A stretch of 44,780 bases of DNA from a virus, in the IMG/VR virus record IMGVR_UViG_3300045988_060029, one strand, 5' to 3'. Positions 18,177 through 26,629 of this stretch are shown piece by piece. Under the pieces are notes generated by a model that ran no database searches, was not told the origin of the DNA, and worked only from the letters and a program-made list of their open reading frames with translations. The translations under genes were made by a program, and so were the position numbers. Position 1 is the first letter of the stretch; each line of letters opens with the position of its first letter.

Positions 18177-18893
18177 ATGTCTTGGGAACTGTTACCCGTA
18201 AATTATACGGACGCTGTGTGGAGCGGTCTAAAACGGTACAACACCATCACCAATGAGGACGGTACGGTATCGTTCCAAGATGTGACTGCTTACAGCAACA
18301 AAGAAAAGTCCTTTTTTGGCGCGAGAGACGCGAACCGTATGAACGAAGCTCTCAATACCCTTATGTCGATGGTAGAAAACGGTTCTGACCTGTACGAAGC
18401 GTTTCAGAACTATTTCACCACACAGAAAGGGCTTTTTGAGAACGAAGCGGACTCCAAGCAGGACGGTTTTACCGCATATATTACTGCTTTGAAAGCGGAG
18501 GGGGACAATGTAATTAACTCCCTTAAAACTGATTATCGCACGGAAATGGACACCTTTGAGAGTCAGCAACAGGCACTATTCACGACTTGGTTCGAGTTCG
18601 TCAAGAGTCAGCTCGGAGAAGATGTTGCCGGAAATCTGCAAAATCAGATTACTGCTCTCGACACCAAAACGGACGGTTTTGACCCGCGCACAACTACTTT
18701 CTCTGCCGATGGAAAGACCATCACGGAAATCGACTCGGCAGGAAACAAGAAAATCGAAACCGTGTTCACTTCCGATACAGTTATCACGCAAAAGCTCTAT
18801 AAGAAAGAGTCAAACGGAAGTTATTCCCTCGTAAACACTAAGACCATCACATTCAGTGCAGACGGTCTAAACATCACAGAGGAGGTAGTGTAA
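18177..18893 (+). CDS. Tail fibre-associated protein (238 aa)
   Basis: Start abuts the upstream stop (TAAATG). Lies within the fibre module. Confidence 0.5.
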   Translation: MSWELLPVNYTDAVWSGLKRYNTITNEDGTVSFQDVTAYSNKEKSFFGARDANRMNEALNTLMSMVENGSDLYEAFQNYFTTQKGLFENEADSKQDGFTAYITALKAEGDNVINSLKTDYRTEMDTFESQQQALFTTWFEFVKSQLGEDVAGNLQNQITALDTKTDGFDPRTTTFSADGKTITEIDSAGNKKIETVFTSDTVITQKLYKKESNGSYSLVNTKTITFSADGLNITEEVV

Positions 18894-20828
18894 ATGTCTT
18901 GGGCAGAAGCAAAATGGACTGTTGACAGTCTGTTGCAGAAAATCGGGCAAGCCCCGAACAACATGAGGAGCTTTATCGCATACTCGCTTTCCGCGACCAG
19001 TATCGGCTTGAAGTTCCAAGAACCCGCCGACAGCTATGACGCGAACAACAATCTGATTTGTTCTGTGGGCGGTGTAATGATTCGCATGAGCGATACTGGT
19101 TATCCTACAAAGCCCTCAGAGGGGACGCTTGTAGTAAACAACACCAATCTCGGCGCGTATGTCAACACACCCTTTACGGTGAGCGGACTCACCAAGGGTA
19201 GAAAGTATTATTTTTCCGCGTTCCCTTATTCCGTACAGGGCGTTTACAACCTGTCGAGCAATGCGGCAAACAGAGCGGACGCAACTCCCGCCGCAGGTGA
19301 AATCGCCAATGTCACCATTTCTATTGACGATGATTCCGCGTTTTCCAGTGTGGTAGTCACCTGTGTCGATGAAACGGAGTCTGCGTCTACGCAGTCGGCA
19401 ACGCTCACCAAAACGAAGAAAACGGCTTCCTTTGTCGTGCCTATCGGTCATACCTATCATATCGAGTACGGTGCGGAGGACGGGTACAGCAAGCCGGATA
19501 ACACTACGCCGAAAGTTTCTGTGGCAGGTACGACCTCGAACTACACCGCAACCTACTACTATTTCACGGCTACGATTGCCGTTACCTACCCCGTAGGAGC
19601 GACCTGCACCTGTGAGTGTGGAAGTACAAAGTACACCGCCCCTAATACCTCCGGCAGTCACACTTTCCAAGTGCATAATGTCGGCACATGGACGGTAAAG
19701 GCGGTTTCCGGCTCTGATACAGACTCTAAGTCAGTATCTATCACTTCCTCCGGGCAGTCTCGCAGTGTGGAGCTGTCGTTCGTAAAAATCTACGGTATCA
19801 GCCGGGATATTACGGCTACCTCTCCCGCTTGGGCGAGAACGGATTCCGCTGTCGGCAAGACTGCTACCGCAACCGTAGGTACTGCAGCAGGTTCGAGTGA
19901 CTTCAACAACTGTTACCCTTGGAGCAGCATTGTCCGTGAAACCTTATCCACGGGAGATGTGATGGTGAAAATCCCTAAGTTTTGGTATCGCCGTTACCGT
20001 AGTGGAAATGTGGAATATCTCAAGATTGCGGATAAAGCCACGAGCGGGTTCACGCTTCACCCCGCGTTCAATCACGGCGGTGTGGCAAAGGATTATCTCT
20101 ATGTGGGTGCTTATAAGACCACGAGTGGTAACAAGTCCGCGTCCGGTGTAAGCCCGTTGGTAAATCAGACGAGAGCGACCATGCGTTCCAACGCGAAAGC
20201 AAAGGGTACGGGTTGGGGTATTATCGACATTGCCGCACTCTCCGCGATTCAAATGTTGATTCTCGTGGAATTTGCCAACAACAATGTGCAGTCTGTCATT
20301 GGGCGCGGCTACTGCGACAGTAACAGCTCTGCTCTCAGCACAGGTACTTGTAACAATGTCAGTGGTCTCACGGGCAGACCTGCCGGAACAGACGGCAAGG
20401 TTGATGTGGTTTGGCGCGGTATCGAGGGTCTGTGGGGTAATGTGTGGGAATGGGTCGATGGTGTCAACTGGAACAACGGCACTTACTATGTGTGCAACGA
20501 CCCGTCCAAGTACGCAGACGATACCACTACGAACTACACCGCCCTCTCCTTTAAGGGAGCAACCAACTGGTCTTCCAGTTATATCACGCAGGAGGGTCTT
20601 GACACTGGCAGTAATCCTCATGTCATGCTTCCGTCTGCCGCAGATAGCGGAAGTGAAACGACCTATGATTGTGACGCTTGTTGGTCTTCTACAGGTTGGC
20701 GCGTCTTCCGGCACGGCGGTGGTTGGCACAGTGGCTCGATCTGTGGTCTCTTTACGGCTAATTTGCACGATGACTCGTCCAACTCGGGCTCGGACCTTGG
20801 GTCGCGCCTGCTTTATATCCCCTCCTAA
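18894..20828 (+). CDS. Receptor-binding tail fibre; DGR target protein with C-terminal CLec/FGE-type variable domain
   Basis: C-terminal …LWGNVWEWVDG…WRVFRHGGGWHSGS… signature. The last ~45 codons contain the VR, which matches the downstream TR. Confidence 0.85.
   Translation: MSWAEAKWTVDSLLQKIGQAPNNMRSFIAYSLSATSIGLKFQEPADSYDANNNLICSVGGVMIRMSDTGYPTKPSEGTLVVNNTNLGAYVNTPFTVSGLTKGRKYYFSAFPYSVQGVYNLSSNAANRADATPAAGEIANVTISIDDDSAFSSVVVTCVDETESASTQSATLTKTKKTASFVVPIGHTYHIEYGAEDGYSKPDNTTPKVSVAGTTSNYTATYYYFTATIAVTYPVGATCTCECGSTKYTAPNTSGSHTFQVHNVGTWTVKAVSGSDTDSKSVSITSSGQSRSVELSFVKIYGISRDITATSPAWARTDSAVGKTATATVGTAAGSSDFNNCYPWSSIVRETLSTGDVMVKIPKFWYRRYRSGNVEYLKIADKATSGFTLHPAFNHGGVAKDYLYVGAYKTTSGNKSASGVSPLVNQTRATMRSNAKAKGTGWGIIDIAALSAIQMLILVEFANNNVQSVIGRGYCDSNSSALSTGTCNNVSGLTGRPAGTDGKVDVVWRGIEGLWGNVWEWVDGVNWNNGTYYVCNDPSKYADDTTTNYTALSFKGATNWSSSYITQEGLDTGSNPHVMLPSAADSGSETTYDCDACWSSTGWRVFRHGGGWHSGSICGLFTANLHDDSSNSGSDLGSRLLYIPS
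20695..20814 (+). repeat. DGR variable repeat (VR)
   Basis: Ungapped match to 20903-21022 at an offset of 208 nt. There are 19 mismatches, all opposite TR adenines. The core without the first 4 nt is 20699-20814. Confidence 0.9.
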
Positions 20829-20833
20829 GGGGG

Positions 20834-20856
20834 TGCGGGGGATTTTCTCCCCCGCA
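20834..20856 (+). promoter_or_regulatory. GC hairpin downstream of VR (DGR homing-associated stem-loop and/or terminator)
   Basis: TGCGGGGGA (20834-20842) pairs with TCCCCCGCA (20848-20856) around a 5-nt loop. It is present after VR but not after TR. Confidence 0.6.
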
Positions 20857-20902
20857 TAAGTGGGTCGATACAAAACAGATAGAACTTTATAAGGCGAACA
20901 GT

Positions 20903-21022
20903 AAAAGCGCGTCTTCCAACACGGCGGTAATTGGAACAATGGCTCGAAATGTGGTCTCTTTACGGCTAATTTGAACAATGACTCGTCCAACTCGAACTCG
21001 AACATTGGGTCGCGCCTACTTT
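20903..21022 (+). repeat. DGR template repeat (TR)
   Basis: Non-coding copy rich in AAC/AAT triplets, 114 nt upstream of the RT start. It has 32 adenines, 19 of which differ in VR. Confidence 0.9.
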
Positions 21023-21136
21023 TGTTATACAGCACAAACCTATACAAGATACTGTCTCGCCGTACCCATTGGTAAAAAATAGTTTGGAGGGATAGGGTTA
21101 GTAAGTCTCTTGAAACCCCTATAAGAAACAAAAGCA

Positions 21137-22297
21137 ATGAAAAGAATTGGCTTTCTACACGAACAGATAGTTTCAGAAGAAAATTGCAGACTGGCTATCA
21201 TCAATGCCGCAAAGCATAAGAAAAAGCGCAGAAATGTTCAAAAAGTCATGGATAATTTGGATTTCTACGCGAAAGACCTGTCTGAGCGGTTGGTTCGTTT
21301 GGATTTCACCTCACCGTATCGGACTCGTATCATAAAGGACGGTCTGTCGGGGAAAGAGAGGGAGTTACAGATTCCCGCGTTCTATCCCGACCAATGCGCT
21401 CACCATGCTATTGTGCAGGTGCTACAGCCGCTCATTATGAAATCCTCCTATTATTGGAGCTGTGCCAATATCCCAAACAGGGGGATTGACCGTGCCGCAA
21501 AAGGAGTGGAACGAGCTACCATGCGAGACATCAAACACGCAAAATACTGTGTGAAGATGGACATTCACAAGTTCTATCCGTCAATCCCGCACGACAAGCT
21601 CAAGGAACATTTACAGCGGAAAATCAAGGACAAAAAGGCACTTGGTATTATCCATTTGGTAATCGACTCGTACCATAGCTCTCCCGGACACGGTATACCT
21701 ATCGGGAATTATACCTCGCCGTGGCTTGCGGAGTTTTATCTACAGTCGTTGGATTACTTCATCAAGCAAACCCTCGGTATACGCTATTATGTCCGCTACG
21801 CCGATGATTTAGTCTTAATTGACAATAACAAACGGAAGCTCCGAAAAGCAATGTACGCGGTCATGGAGTTTGTAGGAAAACTCGGCTTGGAGATAAAGCA
21901 CGATTACCAGTTATTTCGTATTCAACGAAACTGCAAAAGCAGACAGCACCGTAGAGGGCGAAAGATTGACTTTGTAGGTCGCTGTTTCGGTATCAGAACC
22001 ACGACCATACGAAAAAGACGCGCTCTTGCGCTTATGCGGCAAAGCCGCCACATTCAGAAAATCCAAAAGCGAAACGGGGTCGTATCATTCCGTATGGCGG
22101 CGGGTTTCCTGTCGCGGTGTTCCTGTTTCAAGCATACTGACTCGCTCAGTATGAAAAAGAAATATTGCGATACAGTTAAAATCAGAAAATTAAAGGAGGT
22201 AGTCAGAAATGAGAGTAAAAGGAAATGTCTCTCCCGTAACCCTGTCGATGGAGTCTTACCTGCCGTTGGAGGGGTATGTAGAGGTCAGACTGCGTGA
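21137..22297 (+). CDS. DGR reverse transcriptase
   Basis: RT motifs …IPIGNYTSPWLAEFYL… and YVRYADDLVL (YxDD), plus …IDFVGRCF… thumb-like region. Adjacent to TR. Confidence 0.88.
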   Translation: MKRIGFLHEQIVSEENCRLAIINAAKHKKKRRNVQKVMDNLDFYAKDLSERLVRLDFTSPYRTRIIKDGLSGKERELQIPAFYPDQCAHHAIVQVLQPLIMKSSYYWSCANIPNRGIDRAAKGVERATMRDIKHAKYCVKMDIHKFYPSIPHDKLKEHLQRKIKDKKALGIIHLVIDSYHSSPGHGIPIGNYTSPWLAEFYLQSLDYFIKQTLGIRYYVRYADDLVLIDNNKRKLRKAMYAVMEFVGKLGLEIKHDYQLFRIQRNCKSRQHRRGRKIDFVGRCFGIRTTTIRKRRALALMRQSRHIQKIQKRNGVVSFRMAAGFLSRCSCFKHTDSLSMKKKYCDTVKIRKLKEVVRNESKRKCLSRNPVDGVLPAVGGVCRGQTA

Positions 22298-22526
22298 AAA
22301 CATCAAAGAAGTCACTGACATTGACCCGCAGACGGAAACCTCTGTCACCATGTTCGAGTACGATGAGTACACTTTCCTCTTGAAAAACCGTGAGGGCTTG
22401 CAAGAGGACATCGAGAACAATCTCAGCGATTGGCTTATCACTGGCAGAACGCTTGAGGTCAACGAAAGCGCAAGTATCGTGCAGGACATGAAAGCCGCAC
22501 TGGAAATTTTGGAGGTGAACAGATAA
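22209..22526 (+). CDS. Hypothetical acidic protein (105 aa)
   Basis: ATG after AAAGGAGG. Overlaps the RT 3' end by 89 nt. Confidence 0.55.
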   Translation: MRVKGNVSPVTLSMESYLPLEGYVEVRLRENIKEVTDIDPQTETSVTMFEYDEYTFLLKNREGLQEDIENNLSDWLITGRTLEVNESASIVQDMKAALEILEVNR

Positions 22527-22873
22527 TGGCACAGCTTTATATCGACAACGCGAAAAAGCTAAAGGTTCGGATTGACAATAATCAGAAAATTGTCGATACC
22601 GTAGAAGCGGCAGGTGGTATTGAAACCACTCTCACACAGTCTGACAAAATCGGCTTTGACTGGCTGAACTTCTATGTGAACAAGGTTTTGGTTCTACAGG
22701 AGTACAAAGAGCAGGAAAATCCTGTTGGCACTGCCGATAACCCCTTTGTATGGGAAAAAAGCATGGCTCTTATCGCAACCGGGTTCTATGTCCATGATGG
22801 TGTCCGTAAGGTTTGGGTCGGTGAGACAGGCGTTACCGCCGCGTGGGACGATAGTAATTGGGAGGTCATGTAA
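22526..22873 (+). CDS. Hypothetical protein (115 aa)
   Basis: TAATG coupling to the upstream gene. Lies between the fibre and lysis modules. Confidence 0.55.
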   Translation: MAQLYIDNAKKLKVRIDNNQKIVDTVEAAGGIETTLTQSDKIGFDWLNFYVNKVLVLQEYKEQENPVGTADNPFVWEKSMALIATGFYVHDGVRKVWVGETGVTAAWDDSNWEVM

Positions 22874-22911
22874 ATGTAAATCCTCACATTAAACGAAAGG
22901 AATTTAGCTAA

Positions 22912-23232
22912 ATGGTTTCTGAAAGCACACTGATTATCAGCATTGTAGGGGCGGTCTTTGCAAGCACAGGCTTTTGGGCGTTCCTCACAAGTCTTATCCA
23001 AAGCAAAAAGTCTAAAGACCGCGCGGAGGGGCAAATGCTGAAAGGTCTTGGGCACGACCGCATTTGCTATCTCGGTGAGTGTTATATTCAGCGCGGGTAT
23101 ATCACCAAAGACGAATATGAGAACCTGCATGATTATTTATACTTACCGTATAAAAAATTGGGTGGAAACGGTACTGCCGAAAAGATTATGAAAGAGATTG
23201 ACCGTCTCTCACTCAAAGACAAGGAGGATTGA
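22912..23232 (+). CDS. Membrane-anchored protein of the lysis region (106 aa)
   Basis: One N-terminal TM segment (LIISIVGAVFASTGFWAFLTSLI) followed by a soluble domain …KKLGGNGTAEK…. Confidence 0.5.
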   Translation: MVSESTLIISIVGAVFASTGFWAFLTSLIQSKKSKDRAEGQMLKGLGHDRICYLGECYIQRGYITKDEYENLHDYLYLPYKKLGGNGTAEKIMKEIDRLSLKDKED

Positions 23233-23235
23233 CCT

Positions 23236-23334
23236 ATGGAAGAAAAGTCGTATTTCCAAACTCACGGCGAAGAAATCACGCCGGAAATGTTGGACGAACT
23301 GAGTAACGGGAAAGGAGAAGACGAAGATGAGTAA
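23236..23334 (+). CDS. 32-aa acidic peptide (MEEKSYFQTHGEEITPEMLDELSNGKGEDEDE)
   Basis: ATG after GGAGGA. The stop overlaps the endolysin start. Read by hand (below the track cutoff). Confidence 0.35.
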   Translation: MEEKSYFQTHGEEITPEMLDELSNGKGEDEDE

Positions 23335-24328
23335 CAGCCCTCTCGTAAACTACACGCGGATTTCCCCCAATAAGACAAGTCCGCGCAGAAACAAAATCGA
23401 CACTATCACCATTCACTGTGTCGTGGGGCAGTGTTCCGTGGAAACGCTCGGCAATATTTTTGCACCGACCTCCCGACAGGCAAGCTCCAACTACGGTGTT
23501 GGTGCAGACGGTAAAATCGGTATGTATGTCGAGGAAAAAGACCGCTCTTGGTGTACCTCAAGCGCGGCAAACGACAACCGCGCTATCACCATCGAGGTCG
23601 CAAGCGATACCAAACACCCTTATGCGGTGAATGACAAGGCGTATGCCGCAATGCTCGACCTTGTAACCGATATTTGCCGCCGTAACGGTATCAAAAAGCT
23701 CGTATGGAGTACGGGCAAGAACAAGCGCATGAATCACCTTGGCGGTTGCAATATGACCGTTCACCGCGATTATGCGAACAAATCCTGTCCCGGCGATTAT
23801 CTGTATAACCGTCATGGTGAAATAGCGGCAGAGGTCAACAGGCGGCTCGGTGCGGCAGTTGATACTCCGACTGAGGACAAGCCTACTACCAGCTCTGTTA
23901 AGGCGGGAGATACCGTTAAAATCTCCTCCACGGCTACTTATTACGGCGGCAAGGCGATTCCTGCTTGGGTGAAAGCAAAGAACTGGATTGTCCGCGAGGT
24001 CAGCGGTGACAGAGCGATTATCGACAAGTCTGTGGACGGGAAGAACGCGATTTGCAGTCCTATCAACACGAAGTTCTTGAGTGTCGTTTCTGCCGCTTCT
24101 ACGCCCTCTCAGAGCGCGTGGACACCGCAGGTAGGTGATTATGTCTCGTTCACTGGAAAAACTCACTACGCAAGCTCTAACGGCGATAGAGCGGTGTCCT
24201 GTAAGGGCGGCAAGGCGAAAATCACGCAAATCTATGCAAAGGGCAAGCACCCTTATCATCTTGTCCATGTCGATGGAGAGTCTACGGTCTACGGTTGGGT
24301 TGACCGCAATACTTTCACCAAAGTGTAA
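23327..24328 (+). CDS. Endolysin: N-acetylmuramoyl-L-alanine amidase (Amidase_2/PGRP type) with two C-terminal SH3-like repeats
   Basis: …ITIHCV…NYGVG…HRDYANKSCPG… amidase signature. The C-terminal half is duplicated (GDTVKISS…/GDYVSFTG…). Confidence 0.88.
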   Translation: MSNSPLVNYTRISPNKTSPRRNKIDTITIHCVVGQCSVETLGNIFAPTSRQASSNYGVGADGKIGMYVEEKDRSWCTSSAANDNRAITIEVASDTKHPYAVNDKAYAAMLDLVTDICRRNGIKKLVWSTGKNKRMNHLGGCNMTVHRDYANKSCPGDYLYNRHGEIAAEVNRRLGAAVDTPTEDKPTTSSVKAGDTVKISSTATYYGGKAIPAWVKAKNWIVREVSGDRAIIDKSVDGKNAICSPINTKFLSVVSAASTPSQSAWTPQVGDYVSFTGKTHYASSNGDRAVSCKGGKAKITQIYAKGKHPYHLVHVDGESTVYGWVDRNTFTKV

Positions 24329-24342
24329 AGGAGGTTGACGGT

Positions 24343-24618
24343 ATGCGGAGGGTAAAGAAAAAGCCACCGAAAGAATTTTCAAAGAAAATCCTCATCGTGG
24401 CGGGAATTATCAATGCGGTCGTTATCGTCTTTACGATGGTAATGATTTGGCGTACTCTCGACCTTTCGCCGCTTGCCTACCTTATACCGTCAGTAGCCGC
24501 CGAAGTTGCCACGGGTACGGGATTCTATTATTCAAAAGCAAAGGTCGAGAACCGAATAAAACTGATGAGACAAAACAAAGTCACACCAAACGAAACACAT
24601 TTTTCTGAAAATTACTGA
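24343..24618 (+). CDS. Holin-like protein with two TM segments (91 aa)
   Basis: TM1 ILIVAGIINAVVIVFTMVMIW, TM2 LAYLIPSVAAEVATGTGFYY, and a charged C-terminus. Adjacent to the lysin. Confidence 0.6.
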   Translation: MRRVKKKPPKEFSKKILIVAGIINAVVIVFTMVMIWRTLDLSPLAYLIPSVAAEVATGTGFYYSKAKVENRIKLMRQNKVTPNETHFSENY

Positions 24619-24630
24619 GGAGGTATCACC

Positions 24631-24924
24631 ATGACTGACATTACCAATGTTGTTTCCGCTGTTATCACCCTGCTCGTAGCAGTCATTACCACTTTCCTTA
24701 TCCCTTATCTGAAAGAGAAAGTGGACGCTGAGAAGTTCGAGAAAATCAAGGCGTGGACGAAAGTTGCGGTCGAAGCCGCAGAAATGATTTACAACGGCGC
24801 GGGTCGCGGCGCGGAGAAGAAAGCCTATGTACTGGAATACTTGAACAGCAAGGGTTATAAGCTCGACTCCGACACCATTGACAAGCTGATTGAGTCCGCT
24901 GTCCTTGAACTGAAAAAGAGCTGA
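24631..24924 (+). CDS. Holin, LL-H-like family (97 aa)
   Basis: N-terminal TM segment plus …KVAVEAAEMIY…AEKKAYVLEYLNSKGYKLD…IDKLIESAV, which matches the LL-H holin pattern as I recall it. Confidence 0.65.
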   Translation: MTDITNVVSAVITLLVAVITTFLIPYLKEKVDAEKFEKIKAWTKVAVEAAEMIYNGAGRGAEKKAYVLEYLNSKGYKLDSDTIDKLIESAVLELKKS

Positions 24925-24937
24925 TTTAATCCCGTTC

Positions 24938-25046
24938 AAGTAGTTAAAGTAGTGGAAAATCCGTTTTTGCGTGTAACTTCCTCTAAGTACGCGCGTATTA
25001 GGTGAAAGTTTACGCAAAAACCGAAAAACAACTACTTTAACTACTT
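24938..25046. repeat. Palindromic element copy A (~109 bp), homologous to 42941-43053
   Basis: Arms AAGTAGTTAAAGTAGT (24938-53) and ACTACTTTAACTACTT (25031-46), with an inner arm TTTTTGCGT…ACGCAAAAA. The 21-mer TTTTGCGTGTAACTTCCTCTA (24965-85) is identical to 42968-88. Confidence 0.85.
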
Positions 25047-25081
25047 CATCTCGTCCCGTGGCAAAGAAAAAGAACGCCGAT

Positions 25082-26629
25082 TCAATCAGCGTTCTCTATC
25101 CTATAAACAAATCCAAAGGTGTGTTTGATGAAGAACACAGAGTTCGGATTTGCACTTTTTGGTGGAGCATAACACTCAATATCCGAACTCGTGAGAGTAG
25201 CGGTATTATTGCCCGAAAGATTGAATGTTAGCACAATCCGCTTCCCACCATCTTCATCGTCATACACATATACAGAGTTTACCAATGTATCAATCACGCG
25301 CCGTTGGTAATCCTCATCATCAACATTCCCGCTCTTGAACGAAGTAAGCCAATACCTAATGCGGCTCTCGTTCAAGAGCGGTTTTTTCATTTCCTCACGG
25401 GCGATACGCCCCTCAATATCAGACTTCTCCTGTTCCAGTTCGTCAAGGCGGTCTTTGGTAGCAGAAGTAATGATACCTTGCTCTATTGCAGAGACAAGGT
25501 TCTTTATTTTTTTCTGAACATCTTTCAGTTCAGCGTTGAGACCGTCCAAGTAGGTGGTATCTGCCGATTCTTTTTCGATGATTTCCATAGCCCGTTTTGC
25601 GATAAGGGCAATATTCTCATCAGTCAACACATTCTGAACTGTGTAGCGGACTACCAGTTTCTCTATCCAGTCTTTTCGTTCGGATTTCTTTTTACAGGCG
25701 TGTTCCCGCTTGGCTTTTGTGCATTTGTAGTAATAATGAACCTGCCCTGTTTTTGATGTGCCACTCTCACCGACCATCGGAGACCCGCAGTGACCGCAGA
25801 ACAGCTTGGTAGTCAGCAGATAATTTTCGTGAGCTTTCGCTTTCGCCCGTGCTTTCCCGTTGTGTTTGAGCATAGCTTGTACTTTCTCAAACAGTACCTT
25901 GTCTATGATAGCGGGCATACCATCGGGAATAACAATGTCCATGAGCTTGTATGTGCCGATATATTTCTCATTTCGGAGAATCGTTCGGAGACTGTTTTTA
26001 TTAAAAGCGTTGCCCCTTGCAGTTTTGTACCCACGCTCGTTGCAATAGGCAATGATTTGTGTCGCGGACATTCCATCGGCGTATAGTTGAAAAATCTCTT
26101 GTACGATTTTTGCTCCCGTTGGGTCAATCGCATACTTTCTGTCCTCACCCACGGTATACCCAAGCAAAAGGTTTGCCCCTCCCGTGGCAAGCCCTTGGAG
26201 GGCGTTTTCTCTGATACCGCGCTTGATGTTACGGGCAAGATTTTCAGAGTAGTATTCGGCATACCCCTCAAGGACGGATTCAAGGATAATTCCCTCCGGC
26301 GTGTCCGGCATGGGTTGTTTCGCATAGTAGACTCTCACACCGTTCTTTTTGAGCTTTGCCTTGTAGATAGCAGAGTCATAGCGATTACGAGCGAAACGGT
26401 CAAGGGTATACATTATCACCGCTTCAAATTGTCCCTTTTCGCTGTCTTTAATGAGACGCTGAAAGCTCGGACGGTTATCTGTTTTGCCGGAAATCGCCCG
26501 GTCAATGTATTCATTTATGATGGTGAACCCATTTTTAAGGGCAAACTCGTGACATTCTCTGAGCTGACCCTCTATAGATTCCTCTCTTTGGTTGTGGCTC
26601 GAATATCGAGCGTAAATTACCGCTTTCGT
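25082..26629 (-). CDS. Large serine recombinase (integrase), 515 codons, no canonical start codon
   Basis: The track ORF 25082..26419 lacks the catalytic domain. The same frame continues upstream as TKAVIYARYSSHNQREESIEGQL… to an in-frame TGA at 26647-26645. GGAGGTGAG lies 3 nt before ACG (26629-26627). Zn-ribbon CGHCG…CTK and a coiled coil are present downstream. Confidence 0.8.
   Translation of the reverse strand, partial: TKAVIYARYSSHNQREESIEGQLRECHEFALKNGFTIINEYIDRAISGKTDNRPSFQRLIKDSEKGQFEAVIMYTLDRFARNRYDSAIYKAKLKKNGVRVYYAKQPMPDTPEGIILESVLEGYAEYYSENLARNIKRGIRENALQGLATGGANLLLGYTVGEDRKYAIDPTGAKIVQEIFQLYADGMSATQIIAYCNERGYKTARGNAFNKNSLRTILRNEKYIGTYKLMDIVIPDGMPAIIDKVLFEKVQAMLKHNGKARAKAKAHENYLLTTKLFCGHCGSPMVGESGTSKTGQVHYYYKCTKAKREHACKKKSERKDWIEKLVVRYTVQNVLTDENIALIAKRAMEIIEKESADTTYLDGLNAELKDVQKKIKNLVSAIEQGIITSATKDRLDELEQEKSDIEGRIAREEMKKPLLNESRIRYWLTSFKSGNVDDEDYQRRVIDTLVNSVYVYDDEDGGKRIVLTFNLSGNNTATLTSSDIECYAPPKSANPNSVFFIKHTFGFVYRIENAD

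Larger units (their letters stand above)
18894..22297 (+). mobile_element. Diversity-generating retroelement cassette (target/VR - TR - RT)
   Basis: 120-bp VR/TR pair with adenine-restricted mismatches, plus an adjacent reverse transcriptase. Confidence 0.9.

Noticed and set aside
20899-20902. Extending the TR/VR homology further upstream
   Set aside because: At TR 20902 (T) versus VR 20694 (G), the mismatch is not at an adenine, so the repeat boundary was set at 20903/20695. Even the first four A-to-N positions (20903-06) are less certain than the core.
19944-21137. 397-aa minus-strand ORF covering the fibre C-terminus, VR and TR
   Set aside because: It is antisense to the well-supported DGR target gene and crosses the non-coding TR. 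It has no RBS and no recognisable motifs.
22209-22526. Small ORF next to the RT considered as the DGR accessory protein Avd
   Set aside because: The protein is strongly acidic and lies downstream of the RT. Avd proteins are basic helical bundles that are usually found between the target gene and TR. No supporting motif was seen.
24938-25046. Interpreting the two long palindromes simply as bidirectional intrinsic terminators
   Set aside because: Neither copy is flanked by a T-run on either strand, and the sequence identity between copies exceeds what terminator function alone requires. They are kept as an open finding instead.
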